DNA from: Epiperipatus broadwayi
Taxonomy: Eukaryota > Animalia > Onychophora
Length of the DNA: 64,000 bases
Assembly (NCBI GenBank): GCA_028023455.1
Contig: JAQFVV010000005.1
Location: 14,260,001-14,324,000, forward strand
Direction: 5' to 3'
Position numbers and translations under genes: made by a program. Of the stretch, positions 38,668-51,013 are shown in pieces. The notes beneath the pieces are model-generated. The model saw only the letters and a program-made list of their open reading frames with translations, was not told the DNA's origin and ran no database searches. Numbering within the stretch: position 1 is the stretch's first letter; the number at the start of each line of letters is the position of its first letter.

Positions 38668-41276
38668 TGAAAATTTGAAATTTTTTTATGCAGATGACTT
38701 AAATATTATTTTTAAAAACTTGCTTATTAAAGTGATATATTGGCCTTGATTAAAAATTTTAAAGAACTTGTAAATAATTGAATGCCTTCATTACTCGAGA
38801 GATCATAAGAAGTTTTAAGAAGCTTACACCTCAAAGTCAGATCTACAATTGCACCAAAGAACTCAAAAAGTATTATATATTTATGAGACATTTATCTAAA
38901 GGATAACTTCGATATTTAAAGTACAGGTGATCCATTAATTATAACTCTAGGGATATTAAGTAGGAAGTTATAAATAAAACTAGCTACATTTTCTATGCAA
39001 AAAAGTTATGTATTTTTTTTATACATTAATAATAGAAATACTTTTGTATCATTTTACTTCAATAAATAAACAAGCACTCAAATGCAAAAGTTTCTATTGA
39101 TGCATTTCAAATTTTTTTTATAGTAATTAAAACTCACTATATATTATAGTGTAGTAATATGTTATTATAATGATGAGCTTTGGATTTTGTATTCAGATAT
39201 TTATAACTATTGTTTGAAGAAATGAGAGATAGGATAGTTTTAGTTTATATATACATATTTTTTAAATAATGCAAATCTACTCAAGGATTCTATAATAAAT
39301 TTAAAAGCACGTAGAATATCTCTTTATGACAAGTGAATTATCTTTTCTTGAGTTATCATTTACATATACTCACACATTAGATAAAACACTATGTTGCAAA
39401 TAAATTAGTATTTACACATATTTCAAAGTAAAATTAAAGAAAAATAAAAGGATTCCCTAAATTAAAAAGCCTGCACATCCTAATTTAATTTTTTATTTTG
39501 TTCCAATAGTCGTTATTTAATTCCTGATCATTGCTATAATTATTTTTTTAACATATGTGTATATTTAGTTGTTCCACATTATTAATGAGGGGGGGGTGCC
39601 TAAAATTATCTCCACTTAATTTTTTTTTCTCAGACCCATTGTTCTTTGAATTGTCATTATATTTAATGGATAGTATTTTTTGGGGACTGGAAAAGTTTAT
39701 ATTAGCATGATATAAGTCTTCATATATTATCTTTTCTTTAAATGAAGTGAAAATTTCAAAATATTTGTTGATGATGACAAAATAACAAATAAGAAATGAC
39801 GGGACATGACAACTAAAGTTTCAGTCGCAAATATAACAATTTATTCTAACAGTATATAAAATTATACATTGTGATGTATTATTTCATACATTTAATAGCA
39901 CCAAAATTATAAAAAAAAAATATTGAGAATATCTTATTTACATAATCCATTGCTTTTACAAGTTTGAAAAATATTATTTTGGCTTACCGATAATTTTAAT
40001 TGGACATTAATGTTTCCAAGATTACAAAAATACACATTAGCCCAATAAAATTTTAGAGAGCATTCAAAATACATTAAAATAATACTTATAAAAGTTAAAG
40101 AACTAACCATAAATATCTTACACTAATGATATATTGTAATATCAAGAGATTAAATATTTTCTAGAATTTGTTATTTCTAGAGCTTTAAAATTAATTAATA
40201 TTAATGTAGATAACTTTTAGTTCTCTTTTATTATATGGCATATAAAACCTTTATACCAATGAATTTCATAAGCATTTGTATTTAAAACATGCCCTATTTA
40301 AAATTATTCTTACCTATTGCATACATTGTTCATCAATTTTGATCCCACAAAATATCAAGAATGAAACTACTTGATTATATATAGATAAAGTACCTATTTG
40401 TTTTGCCATATCACTTCAACTTTCTATTAATTTATAACAGACATACATATTGTAGTCCTATAATCAGACAGTCAAATATATGTGATGTATATAATTCCAC
40501 GCTGAGAATTGCTATGTGTAGGATGTTGTTGGGAACGAGATTCCAAATAAAGGAATAATGGATAAACCAAGACCTAAACTATATCATAAACTAAAGTAGT
40601 CCAATAAATTCTGGCATCTTTTTATCTGTACTTATAGATATAAAATGGTTTAACTATCCACAAAAAATCTAAACATAATTACCAGACAAAGTATTGGTGT
40701 TACACAGGAACTAACCAAGTACACCAAATGAAAATAATCAAGGTTAAACATCTATAACTCTCCTGATGCAATTTAGAAGAATTAAGAGCACTTTTACAAA
40801 AAAATACAACATCAACATATGCATTATATAATCAATACTAGGACATTGAAACTTAATGATATCCTAATCTAAGGTATAATCATATTACAAAAAAAAAAAA
40901 AGAACAAAGGCCAAACAAATAATATGGTCATGATAAACATCATAACATAATATAACCTTATGTTTACAAATATCTGGGGTCAAATGGCAATAATTATTTT
41001 AAAGAACAAGGATTCATTAACACATGTATCATGATACAATTCATTTAATAATTAAATGCTAGATACTTTTATCCAAATATAATGCCAATATTAGGTATAT
41101 GATCATACTTAATAATTAAACATAGAATAAGAAACTAATTTTTTTTTTAAACTATTAATAAATAGTTAATTACCATACAGTACTTCGATTACCATACATA
41201 TTAATGGTATAGTTAACAATCTATCTATAATTTTCTCTAAACAATAAAATAGAATATTATCTTCTAATATGTTAAA

Positions 41277-41423
41277 TAAATAATACTTCTGTAAATATAT
41301 AACTATAAATATAATATAATAATTCGTCAATTGTAAGAGTTGAAAGCGCTTGGCAATAATTATTTAGTTATTATTTTATATTAAAAAAATCTGTTTTAAC
41401 AATTGACGAATTGTTATATTATA
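41277..41423. mobile_element. Small MITE-like insertion absent from the paralogous site
   Basis: 24-bp inverted repeats ataatataataattcgtcaattgt (41311-41334) and acaattgacgaattgttatattat (41399-41422). ctaatat(g/a)tta is duplicated on both sides. The empty site is at about 53105. Confidence 0.6.
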
Positions 41424-44400
41424 CTACTAATATATTAGAAAATAAAGGGAAAAATTATTTAAGAAAAATAGATTCCTTGATGACTGGAAGTTGAAGCAAA
41501 ACATTTAAGTTATAACATCAAGAGCAAAATATTTCTTTTTTCCCTTTCTTTTCATTTTTGTAGCATCGTCCAATGGAATCACGAATAAATGCAGAAGCTT
41601 TCTCATCACAACAATGAAGAAAATACATTCATTTACTCAGTGCTGTTAAAATATGTAATTCCTAATAATTATTTAAATTGATTGAGTGCACTTTTAATTA
41701 TTTTAATATTGCGGCTTAGTAATATTAAAATATATAATTATTTTAAAACTGATTGAAAAGTTCTTTTCTTTTTTTAAAAAAAAATATTACTTTTTAAGCT
41801 TAAGAAGAATTTTAAAGCAGGCAGAAGCCAAGAGTGGAAATATTGTTATGAAGTATTTTATCTGGAGGATTTATTTCTATAATGTTCCAAATTTCATTAA
41901 TGGAATATCAATTTTTCAGTGGACATTGTAGACATTTATAGGCTTAAATACAATGTAAGTACTTTTATCTTAATTATTTTATTTTCCAGCTTTCGTTACA
42001 TAATGAGTAGTATAACATAATTTATCAATTATTCATAAGAATATTGTATATACGAGGAATCTTCACACTTTAATTTCTTTTTAAATATCCAATTCTTCTA
42101 CAAAACAATGTGCAATAATAATTGCATTTCAAGATCATTTTAAAGGGACATTATCCGCATAAATAAAAATCATTTTAAACTATTTAGGTTTAATAAACTT
42201 ATAGCGAAAATGTGATAATCCAGGAGTGTATTTAAATAAATTAGATAACTTGTTTAACAGATTACAGTTTCAAACAAAGTTATTTATAATTAATACTAAG
42301 GTTCTAACATGTTTATACTGTCTAGGCTTACTTATATTATTAATGAATTTCATCAGATAATTTAATGTTCATATAATAATAATTAAGATAATGCTATGTT
42401 CAGCTGTTATCGATTACAACCACCTATTTTGTTATTACGAACATAAACTAGCATATATGTTAAAAAAAGAAATGAACTCTCAGGAGGACAGTCGGGTTAA
42501 ACTATTTAATGACAAATTAGAAAAGGTTACAATGAATAAATATTTACCATTAATTATTGTAATAAAATATAATACAAAATTTATACAAGGATTTTTACCG
42601 TACATTTACCTATGCCCTGAGGCTTACTAACAAACAATAAGACCGAGATGGCTTTTAATTTTGCCTAGATCCTTATTTTGCACCTTCAGCGGGAATTCAC
42701 TGGGTAAGAAAGCCAGTTCAGGTCCTTCTTCTTAGCAGAATGTCCAATCTTCATTAGCAAATACTTTTTATAGGTAGTTCCCTTCCATACTGTGAGTATT
42801 AGGAACCAGTGGGACATTCCACTCTATTGGTCATTTATATTTATTCCTATGCTTATTGTTTTGCAATGCTGCATGCTCAATCCGGTTTAAATCAGGTTCG
42901 ATCTGAGCAAGTCTATAGAAAACTTGTTTTTTTTTTATTAATGAAAAAAAAATACAGGTGACTGATCACCCGCTACATGATGTTACAAAGTGTTCAATGT
43001 TACAAAGTAAAACAATTATTGACTAGGTTTACAAAGTATATATGCTCGATAACAAATATATCCATAAAAGGGTTGTATAATTTTGCTTAATGTGTATCTA
43101 TACATGAATGAGCACAGATCTGCACTGCCCAAAAACAATCCATCAAGGGGGCGCAGCAGCCCATCAGAGTGGAAAAGGCACTGAAAACTTTGACCCTGTA
43201 CCCTCCCGGCAGGTTTTCCGGGTAGCAGCAATAATCGTCAACAACCCGCACCCATAAACCAGATCCCCAATGACCGCCATCATCAACCTCTGCAGAAGAA
43301 ATGAGGAGTACAGACCTGTGCTCTCAAATATTACAACAAAACTCTATTACTGTTACAAAAATGATATTTCTAGCTGGAGGGTCTAGCATCCAGTTTGTCA
43401 AATGAATTTGTCTGTGGTTATGATCTTGATAAAAGAATTGTTCGCTTTTATTTCTTAAATTTCTCAATCCTTATTAAAAGTTATTCATTAAGTGACTTTG
43501 TTAAACCAGTTGATTTTTCATCTTCCTCATCCATTAAATCCAATATATTATCATAAGCCTCTTGCATAACGTTATTTACCCCATACTTTGATTGTAATGC
43601 ATCTTCATACTTAAATTCTTGGTTTTTAGAAAACTTGTGCAAGTATTTTAATTCGCACAGCATGCAGCAAATAATAAAAAGACCACAACACATTCTTACA
43701 AAATTTGTTGAGTTCCTTATAGATGCTGTCTTGCTGATAAGAGGCATTTCTTATAAAATAAGCAAATTTCCAGTAAGGTGTATAATTATCTCTCGATGGA
43801 AAATAATGCTTTTCTTATTCCACTCCTTTTATCATACTACTTAAACATTTTTCAGAATGATATTTATTTGACTTTTTTTTTTTCACTTATTAAAAAGACA
43901 TTTTTAACCTATTCAGCAATACTTAAATTAGTAAAATTAATTAAATGTAACCAAAGTCATACCATTAAAATTCTCAGATTAGTCAGTGTCTGAGAAAAAG
44001 AGTGAACAAAAAATTATCTAAAATGAGGTTATCCTCGATTAGCCCCCACATGCCACTTGATGGCTTTGTTGCTAGTCAAAAACCAATAGATATAATATTA
44101 CCGGGCCGATTTACAATTGACTTTTTTTTACACTACTCTGTTACAATACTATACATGTCGGCGCGTAGCGTTGGAATTCGCAGGGAGGGTGATCCGATGA
44201 TTTTTCCAATCCGAAGGATCATCCGTCACAACATACACAACATTTTGAAAAACAAAATTATTTAATAAAATCGAATATTTCCTTTTTTCAATTACTGTCT
44301 GATCAAAAAAAAAAAAGTTTTCAACACTATTTTAAAACAATTTACGAAACACAATTCAATTTTAAGATTCCCCTCTGATCAAGCCAAGCTTATGCTTTGA

Positions 44401-45221
44401 AAGTCTCCTAGCTGTCCCTGCGCAAAATACGTTTTACGCATGATTTCTGTATAATACTGGAACGTACACTTTTGAAATTCGTTTAACCTTAAAAATGTGT
44501 ACAGAAGAGCGTCTTTTGTCTTACAATTAATACTATCTAAAACTACATCAGATCATCTCAAAAATAAGTACTTTGAATGCACATGCAAATACTTATGATA
44601 ACTTGAATTCTACACACCCTCACATCATACTGTAGCAATCTGTGATTCCATTATCTAATTATTGTAAAATAAAGTTATTTAATAAATATACCATATTTTA
44701 TCCAGAATAGTTTTATATACTATGTTCTCATTTTTATTACTTTTAAACTTTAAATATTATAATAAAATTACTTTATTAACTTCCGAGAGCATTATAATGA
44801 AATCAATTTTGAATAAGGATCTAAAACATTCTACTAGTCATTCATCTTATGCACACATTTACCATAACTCTCTTTAATTAAATTAAAATGTCTGTTATAA
44901 CATTTTGAATGTTATAAAACTCCATTTAATATGATAGAATAAAATGTATCTTATTATTAAACTATTTAATTAACAATATAGACTTGACTTCAATTTGACT
45001 TATAGTATTATAGATGAACTTACTTTATCATTAAGATTGTTACTCGACTTACAAAATTGCTATTGAAGTATGATATTAACTTATATTATCTTAGCTTTTG
45101 CTTATAATTTATGCTTATAATATGTGATTTAAATATCTAAATTTTATTTTAAGATAAAACATAACTTTATTTCAATAATGGCATATAAATCCTACTTATA
45201 TACTATTATAAAAACTTCTAA

Positions 45222-45318
45222 TTTTTTTTTTCATATGTCAAATGCGTTGACTGGGAAGCGAACCGGGCCAGTTGCTTGGAAGGAAGCTATGCTAACCACT
45301 AGGCCACCAACGCTTGAC
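45222..45318 (-). mobile_element. tRNA-Gly(TCC)-derived SINE with 15-bp TSD
   Basis: Reverse complement gcgttggtggcctagtggttagcatagcttccttccaagcaactggcccggttcgcttcccagtcaacgca + tttgacatatg(A)n. TSD aaaaacttctaattt at 45210-45224 and 45319-45333. Empty site at about 58440. Confidence 0.9.
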
Positions 45319-45899
45319 AAAAACTTCTAATTTAAGATATAGGTAAATGGCACTACACAAAAATTTAAAACTTTTGCAAATAAAATATAATATTAATTTC
45401 CCTCAGAAGCAAGTACAATTAATGTCACAATATTCCTTCGCTCAAAATGGAAAAAAAATTAAATTTTGCATTCTTTTTTTGATTGAACTTAAAAAAACAA
45501 TATAACATTGCCATCATTAAAAACATTCATATTTTCTACAGCTGTATTAATATTAAATTATATTAGAAAGATTTTGTTTTCACTATATTTATGATATAGA
45601 ACCCAATCAGTTACAACATCTTTGACTTAATATTTTAAAATTTATACACTATTCATAAGATTTCATATATAAATATTTAATTTGCTGGTGGGTAAGAAAT
45701 TAAACTCCATGCATTGTATATTCATTCCTTCAGTTTACCACAGTCTTTTTCAAAATGGTGGTCACCCCATTAATTGAAGAATTACAGTTTTCTGATCATT
45801 TCTGTACTTTGAGTGACTTCTTCGATCATTTATATTAGGATAAGGGGTAGCTTTATCCTTAATATTACATCTTGTTTTTAAACAGTCTAACAGGTGACA

Positions 45900-47470
45900 T
45901 GCTGACAGGTTTATATTGGATATGGGATAACTAGGTTTTTCTTTTATGTCTCTTTTTTGATCTCATTTTATATGTATACTCAGTTATCTCCAGAGCATCA
46001 ATAATCTGGTCAGCAGTTATAAATGTCTGCTCTACATTTTAAGGAAGATTGTGATGTATGATTCTTACAAACAGGCTCAGAAAGAGGAAAAACAGTAAGG
46101 GTTTTAAACTTAATGGCTGTGTATAACTGCCTTTACTGGGATTATACTTCTTCTGAGTGATCTGTTAGTGGATATTGTCTTGCTTATCTTCACCCAAAAA
46201 CTTATAAGCATAACATATTTAAAGTCCCAATAAGTTAATGGTTTATCAAATAGAGACTGCCACTAATCTTCAGCAGCAGCATAAAGATGGTTGCTCAAAA
46301 TGGCCATTTTTACTCATTCAGAAAGAGGCATAATAAAAACAATACCTCCAAACTATTAAGGTATTCAAGATTTTCCATATAATCATCTCTGAATGGTTTA
46401 ACTTTGATGAAGCACAAAGCCATTGAGCTTTCAACATTTAAATCATCAATAGAGATTTCTTTAATCTTATAATCCTGCTCAATTTGGCCAATTATTATAT
46501 AACACATTCTTTTTCCATTGACTTATCCTGATCCATAATTTTTCCTTTTTTACAAGCATCTACATTATTGGAACTATAAAACTTAACTTTACTTCTAATT
46601 TCCTGAAGTCTATGGTTGTGGACTAACTGGATTTCGTCTATTTTCATGCATATGTTTTGTAACTTTGATTCTACATCTATCTGTCCAAAGAGCTCAAAAA
46701 TATAATCTTTCTGCTCCAATTTAAAATCATCTGTCCAAAGAGCTCAAAAATATAATCTTTCTGCTCCAATTTAAAATTATTTAAACTTTGATCAAGCTCC
46801 TCTTTTTGTTCAATTATTTGATTTGGTAATATATTATACTTATCTAAGGTATCCTTAATTCCTTTATGGAATTTTTATATTATCTCCTACTTTTGACCTA
46901 AACTTATGATTTTCTGCTATATCAGCTTTCATACTCTTTCAATGATCTAAAATTTCTATCTGTACTTCCTTACTTATTTATATACAGCTACTAGAAATGT
47001 TTTCCTTGACTTTTGCAAATTCTCTTTCTAGATAACTTGATTTATTTTCTATAAACTCAATTTGGGTATCTAGGTCCATGATACAATTCACTACTTTCTG
47101 ACTAGAAGATTTAGTTTCCTCTTCCAGTTGGATAAACTTGCTACTGGTTGCCTCTTTATGAGACATTAGATCAAGATATACTTCATCTAACTTCTTGTTA
47201 GTAATCTCATTATTTAACCTACAATTGTTTTCTACAACAGCAAATATATCTATAGATTCTTTTCTACTTGTATCCTTAAATTTCTTGAATTGATAGTTTA
47301 TAGTCTCTTTAGTTTCTTTAACCAATTGATCAATTCTACTTTCTAAAGTCTATAAATTTTTCTGATTTATCTAATTTATCTTTTATATCATTTTCTGATT
47401 TATCTTTTATATCATTCAACTCTCTATTGAATTTATTTATATTGTCCATGATTATTTAGAGAATTAATTG
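45900..47470 (-). mobile_element. Degenerate Ty3/Gypsy gag-like region (coiled-coil N-terminus plus capsid-like part)
   Basis: Coiled-coil ORFs 46978-47325 and 46495-46719, then IKVKPFRDD...NLEYLNSLE (46310-46507), resembling a gag capsid start. No pol detected. Confidence 0.4.
46679..46778. repeat. Exact 50-bp tandem duplication
   Basis: ctgtccaaagagctcaaaaatataatctttctgctccaatttaaaat starts at 46681 and at 46731. Confidence 0.95.
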
Positions 47471-48774
47471 TATATCAAAAGATTTTTCAGGATTAAGGAT
47501 CTTCCGATTCACTCATTTTTACCAATTTGCTGAATGCTAAATATTATAACAATTAAATACAAATATTTTTTTCTTTTATCAATATTTATAATAAATTCTC
47601 CATCAAAGAACAATCCTACATTTATATAATCATACCACCACAACAAGACATGCAATCATTCTACACTCCACTTATTGATGTAATTTATTAATTTATTTTA
47701 CTTTTAATTGGCTTATCTTGGTTTAATTTGATACCAAACTTCTATAAAGTTCCATCATTTGTTCTTATCATCATCACAGCACATTTGATTACACTGATTT
47801 TTCCATAATAGCATATTGCAAATATTATAAGATTAAAATTGCAATTATACGAGCATTCATCATATATTAAACAAAATCTTACTAAATAAAATACTATTTA
47901 GATTAATATTTAATCAATAATGGATATTATGAATAATACTACTATTTAATTAAATTCACTAAACAGCATTAACAAAATGATTTGTACTTATCAATTGATG
48001 TATGAACACTTTCTAATGGATACACTTGAAATAATTAAGACTACATTATATAACTAAATACTAACCAATACATAACTAACATTGGGCCCAAATTTGGTGA
48101 TTAGGCCACATAATTGGACATCATTGAAACTATAAACTCAATATAATTTACATGAGATGATGAAGGGTGAACAAAAAGATACTGGGAGCAAATTTTGATT
48201 AGCAGCTAATGACAAGGATGATAGGAATAATCATCACACAATATATATAAGCGTAGCTCAGTCTGATGTATAAAATATTAATGATAATTAATAAAATATG
48301 ATTATAAAAAACTTATTATGATAAAATCTAACTAATCATGAGACTGTGCAGTTACAAGTAAATATGTTTCAAGATTAAAAATGCATCAAAATACCTATTT
48401 AATTGCATTGAGCCATTATAAGATTCCAATAATAATAATTAAAAAATATACTTTAAAACATAAATAATAACTCAATGATTAACAAATATAATAATGAAAA
48501 TTTCAATTTGTTATAAAATAATTTCTAATTTGGGAAGTGTTAATATTGAGGTATACGTTTTAATAACTATTACTAACTGTAATTTGCTATGATTTCTTTA
48601 AATAATTTCTCAGGGTAAATTTTCACTAAAATAATGACTGAGAACCAGATAATTGGATAGCAAAAAGATTTTGCTATCCGACCATCTAGAAATAATAGAA
48701 AAATAATTCTTAAATAATGATAATCCGTATGTAACACTAAAGACTATACGGTTATAAAGCAGGTAATAATTATA

Positions 48775-51013
48775 TTCATCATCAACATCATCATCATCAA
48801 CCATTATCAATCCACTGCAGGATGGTCTCTCCAAGTTCAATCCATCTTCTCTGATCTTTAGCTTCTCTTCTCCACATCACCCCTGCATACTTTCTCATCT
48901 CACATGTGGTCTCTTTCTGGGGTTTTTACAATCTCTTGGAATCCAGTTTAAGACTTCAATTGCCCATCTATTATCATCTTTTCTATCAATATGTCCAGCC
49001 CAACTCCACTTCAATCTTTTAATTTTTTCAATGAGGTCAGTAACACCTGTTTGTTCTCTTACCCATACATTGCATTTTTGAATTTTTCTTCTTACTCCCA
49101 GCATGCATCTCTCCATACTTCTTTGAGTGGTCTGAAGTCTCTGCATTACTCTTCAATTAAGTGTCCAAGTCTCAGATCCATAAATAAGAATTGGCAAAAC
49201 ACATTTGTTAAAAACCTTCCTTTTCAAACACATAGGCATATTTCCTTTTAGTTTCAAGTTATTTCTACCAAAAGCACTTCAACCAAGTTTAATTCTATGA
49301 TTAATTTTGCATAAAAGAAAAACTTTATATTATGAATTCTTTTTTGAGAAAAATGTTAAAAGGAAATGGACATGGAAGCATCCAAATGAAGGTACAGCAG
49401 AATTGGATTATATTTTGACAAACAAAAAATACATATTTCAAGATTGTAATGTTCTTAATAAATTTAACACACGAAGTGATCATCGATTAGTAAGATGGAA
49501 GATACATGTTAATGCAAAACTAGAGAGACAAAAATTATTATGAAAAACAATATTTACAGTTGATATTCCTAATCTTCAGAAACATTCTAATGAATTTAAA
49601 TTAGAACTTACAAATCAGTTTCAAGTATTAGTAGATTTTGAATATGATTCAGATTTGAATGAAATTAATATGAAAATAACTGATACACTTTTAAAAACTG
49701 CAACAAAGATAGCTGGTAGAAAAAAAGCAGCAATTGACCAGTAAATTTCTACTGAGACTAGAGAATTTATGAAGAAAAGAAGGAATATGAAGATATGCAA
49801 AAATGATCATTAAAAAGGATTAAATATCTCGAATTTTATAAAATGGTGCAGAAAAGAGTTGAAAATAATATAAGAAAGTATAACTCTGAACTAGCAAGGA
49901 AAGCTGTAGAAGAAAATAAACATCTCAAGAATGTAAAACATTTTGGTATTGGTAGGAAATTTATATCTGCAATAAGAAAAAAGATGGAATTATTACTAAA
50001 AAAAGAGATGACATCATGAAATGGGTAGAAGACTTTTATCAAGAATCATATAGTAATGAAGAACAAGTACCTCCTATATCTATTACATCTTCCGAATTGC
50101 CCAGAATTTTAAATGAAGAAGTGAGACATGCAATTAAATGTATGAAGAAAGGAAAGGCTCCAGGTAATGATGGAATTATAATTGATATATTAAAAGAAGC
50201 AGGTGAAGAAATAGAAATTTTTTTTAGCAAAATTATATACCAAATGTCTAAATGATAAAGATGTATCAGATGATTGGAAGAATGCAGTAATAATATTAAT
50301 ATTTAAAAAAGGTGATAAAGAAAATATTAGAAATTACAGACCTATCAATTTTATACAAAATTTTTACCAAGATAATTACAACTTGTCTACAGAAAACATT
50401 GGATTTCTATCAACCAAGAGAACAAGCTGGATTTAAAAGTGGTTTTAGTACAGTAGATCATATTCAGGTATTGAGAGAAGTTATAGAAAGGACAAATGAA
50501 TATGAGCTGCCATTATGTTTTGCATTTGTAGATTATGAAAAGGCATTTGATTCTATAAGCATTTCTTCAGTAATTAAAACATTGGATCATCAAGGTATAG
50601 ATCCAGGATATTGTCATATTTTAAAGAATATGTATAAAAATGCAACAGCAACAATTAGATTACATAATGATACTGGGAAAGCCAACATTGAGAAGGGTGT
50701 AAGACAAGGTGACTCCATATCTCCAAAACTTTTTACAGCAGTACTGCAAGAAGTATTTTGTGGATTAAAATGGGAAACTACAGGAGTGAAAGCAAATGGA
50801 GATTATTTAAGTCATTTAGATTTTGCAGATGATGTAGTTGTTTTTGCAAATAATGCTTCAGAGCTGCAGGAGTTATCAAATGAAAGAAGGACTAAAGATA
50901 AATGTTAAGAAGACTAAAGTAATGTTTAGTTGATTTGCTCAAAATATGAAAATAAAGATTGATTATGATGAATTAGAAGAAGTTAACAATTACAAATACC
51001 TTGGTCAGAATAT
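48775..51013. mobile_element. RTE-clade LINE with internal inversion and 11-bp TSD
   Basis: Minus 48775-49290 is the 3' part (YGSETWTL, QRSMERCMLG, KWSWAGH, (GAT)n tail). Plus 49295-51013 is the endonuclease end to RT (WTW.HPN..ELDYIL, SDHRLV, NYRPI, EQAGF, DYEKAFDS, GVRQGDSISPKLF, FADDVV, YKYLGQ). taataattata lies at 48764-48774 and 51014-51024. Confidence 0.9.

Larger units (their letters stand above)
39770..45450 (+). repeat. Segmental duplication copy I
   Basis: Collinear blocks 39770-41490, 41500-42380, 43675-44025 and 44690-45450 align by eye with 51565-53190, 56257-57215, 57220-57705 and 57945-58555. Confidence 0.9.

Noticed and set aside
42138-42160. Kolobok-like end TTAAAGGGACA (also at about 56955)
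   Set aside because: No matching opposite terminus was found in either copy.
43355-43400. Helitron 3' hairpin plus CTAG on minus
   Set aside because: The hairpin abuts CTAG without a spacer and the next base is A, not T.
43481-43747. 88-aa minus ORF as an intact gene
   Set aside because: It spans the boundary of an insertion unique to duplicate I, starts at a weak position and has no recognisable domain.
45242-45313. Functional tRNA-Gly(TCC) gene
   Set aside because: It has stem mismatches, a family-specific tail, poly-A and a 15-bp TSD, and it is absent at the paralogous site, so it is a SINE copy.
48070-48110. Gypsy primer-binding site / LTR boundary (tttgggcccaatgttag on minus)
   Set aside because: Only partial resemblance to a PBS, and no second LTR was found.
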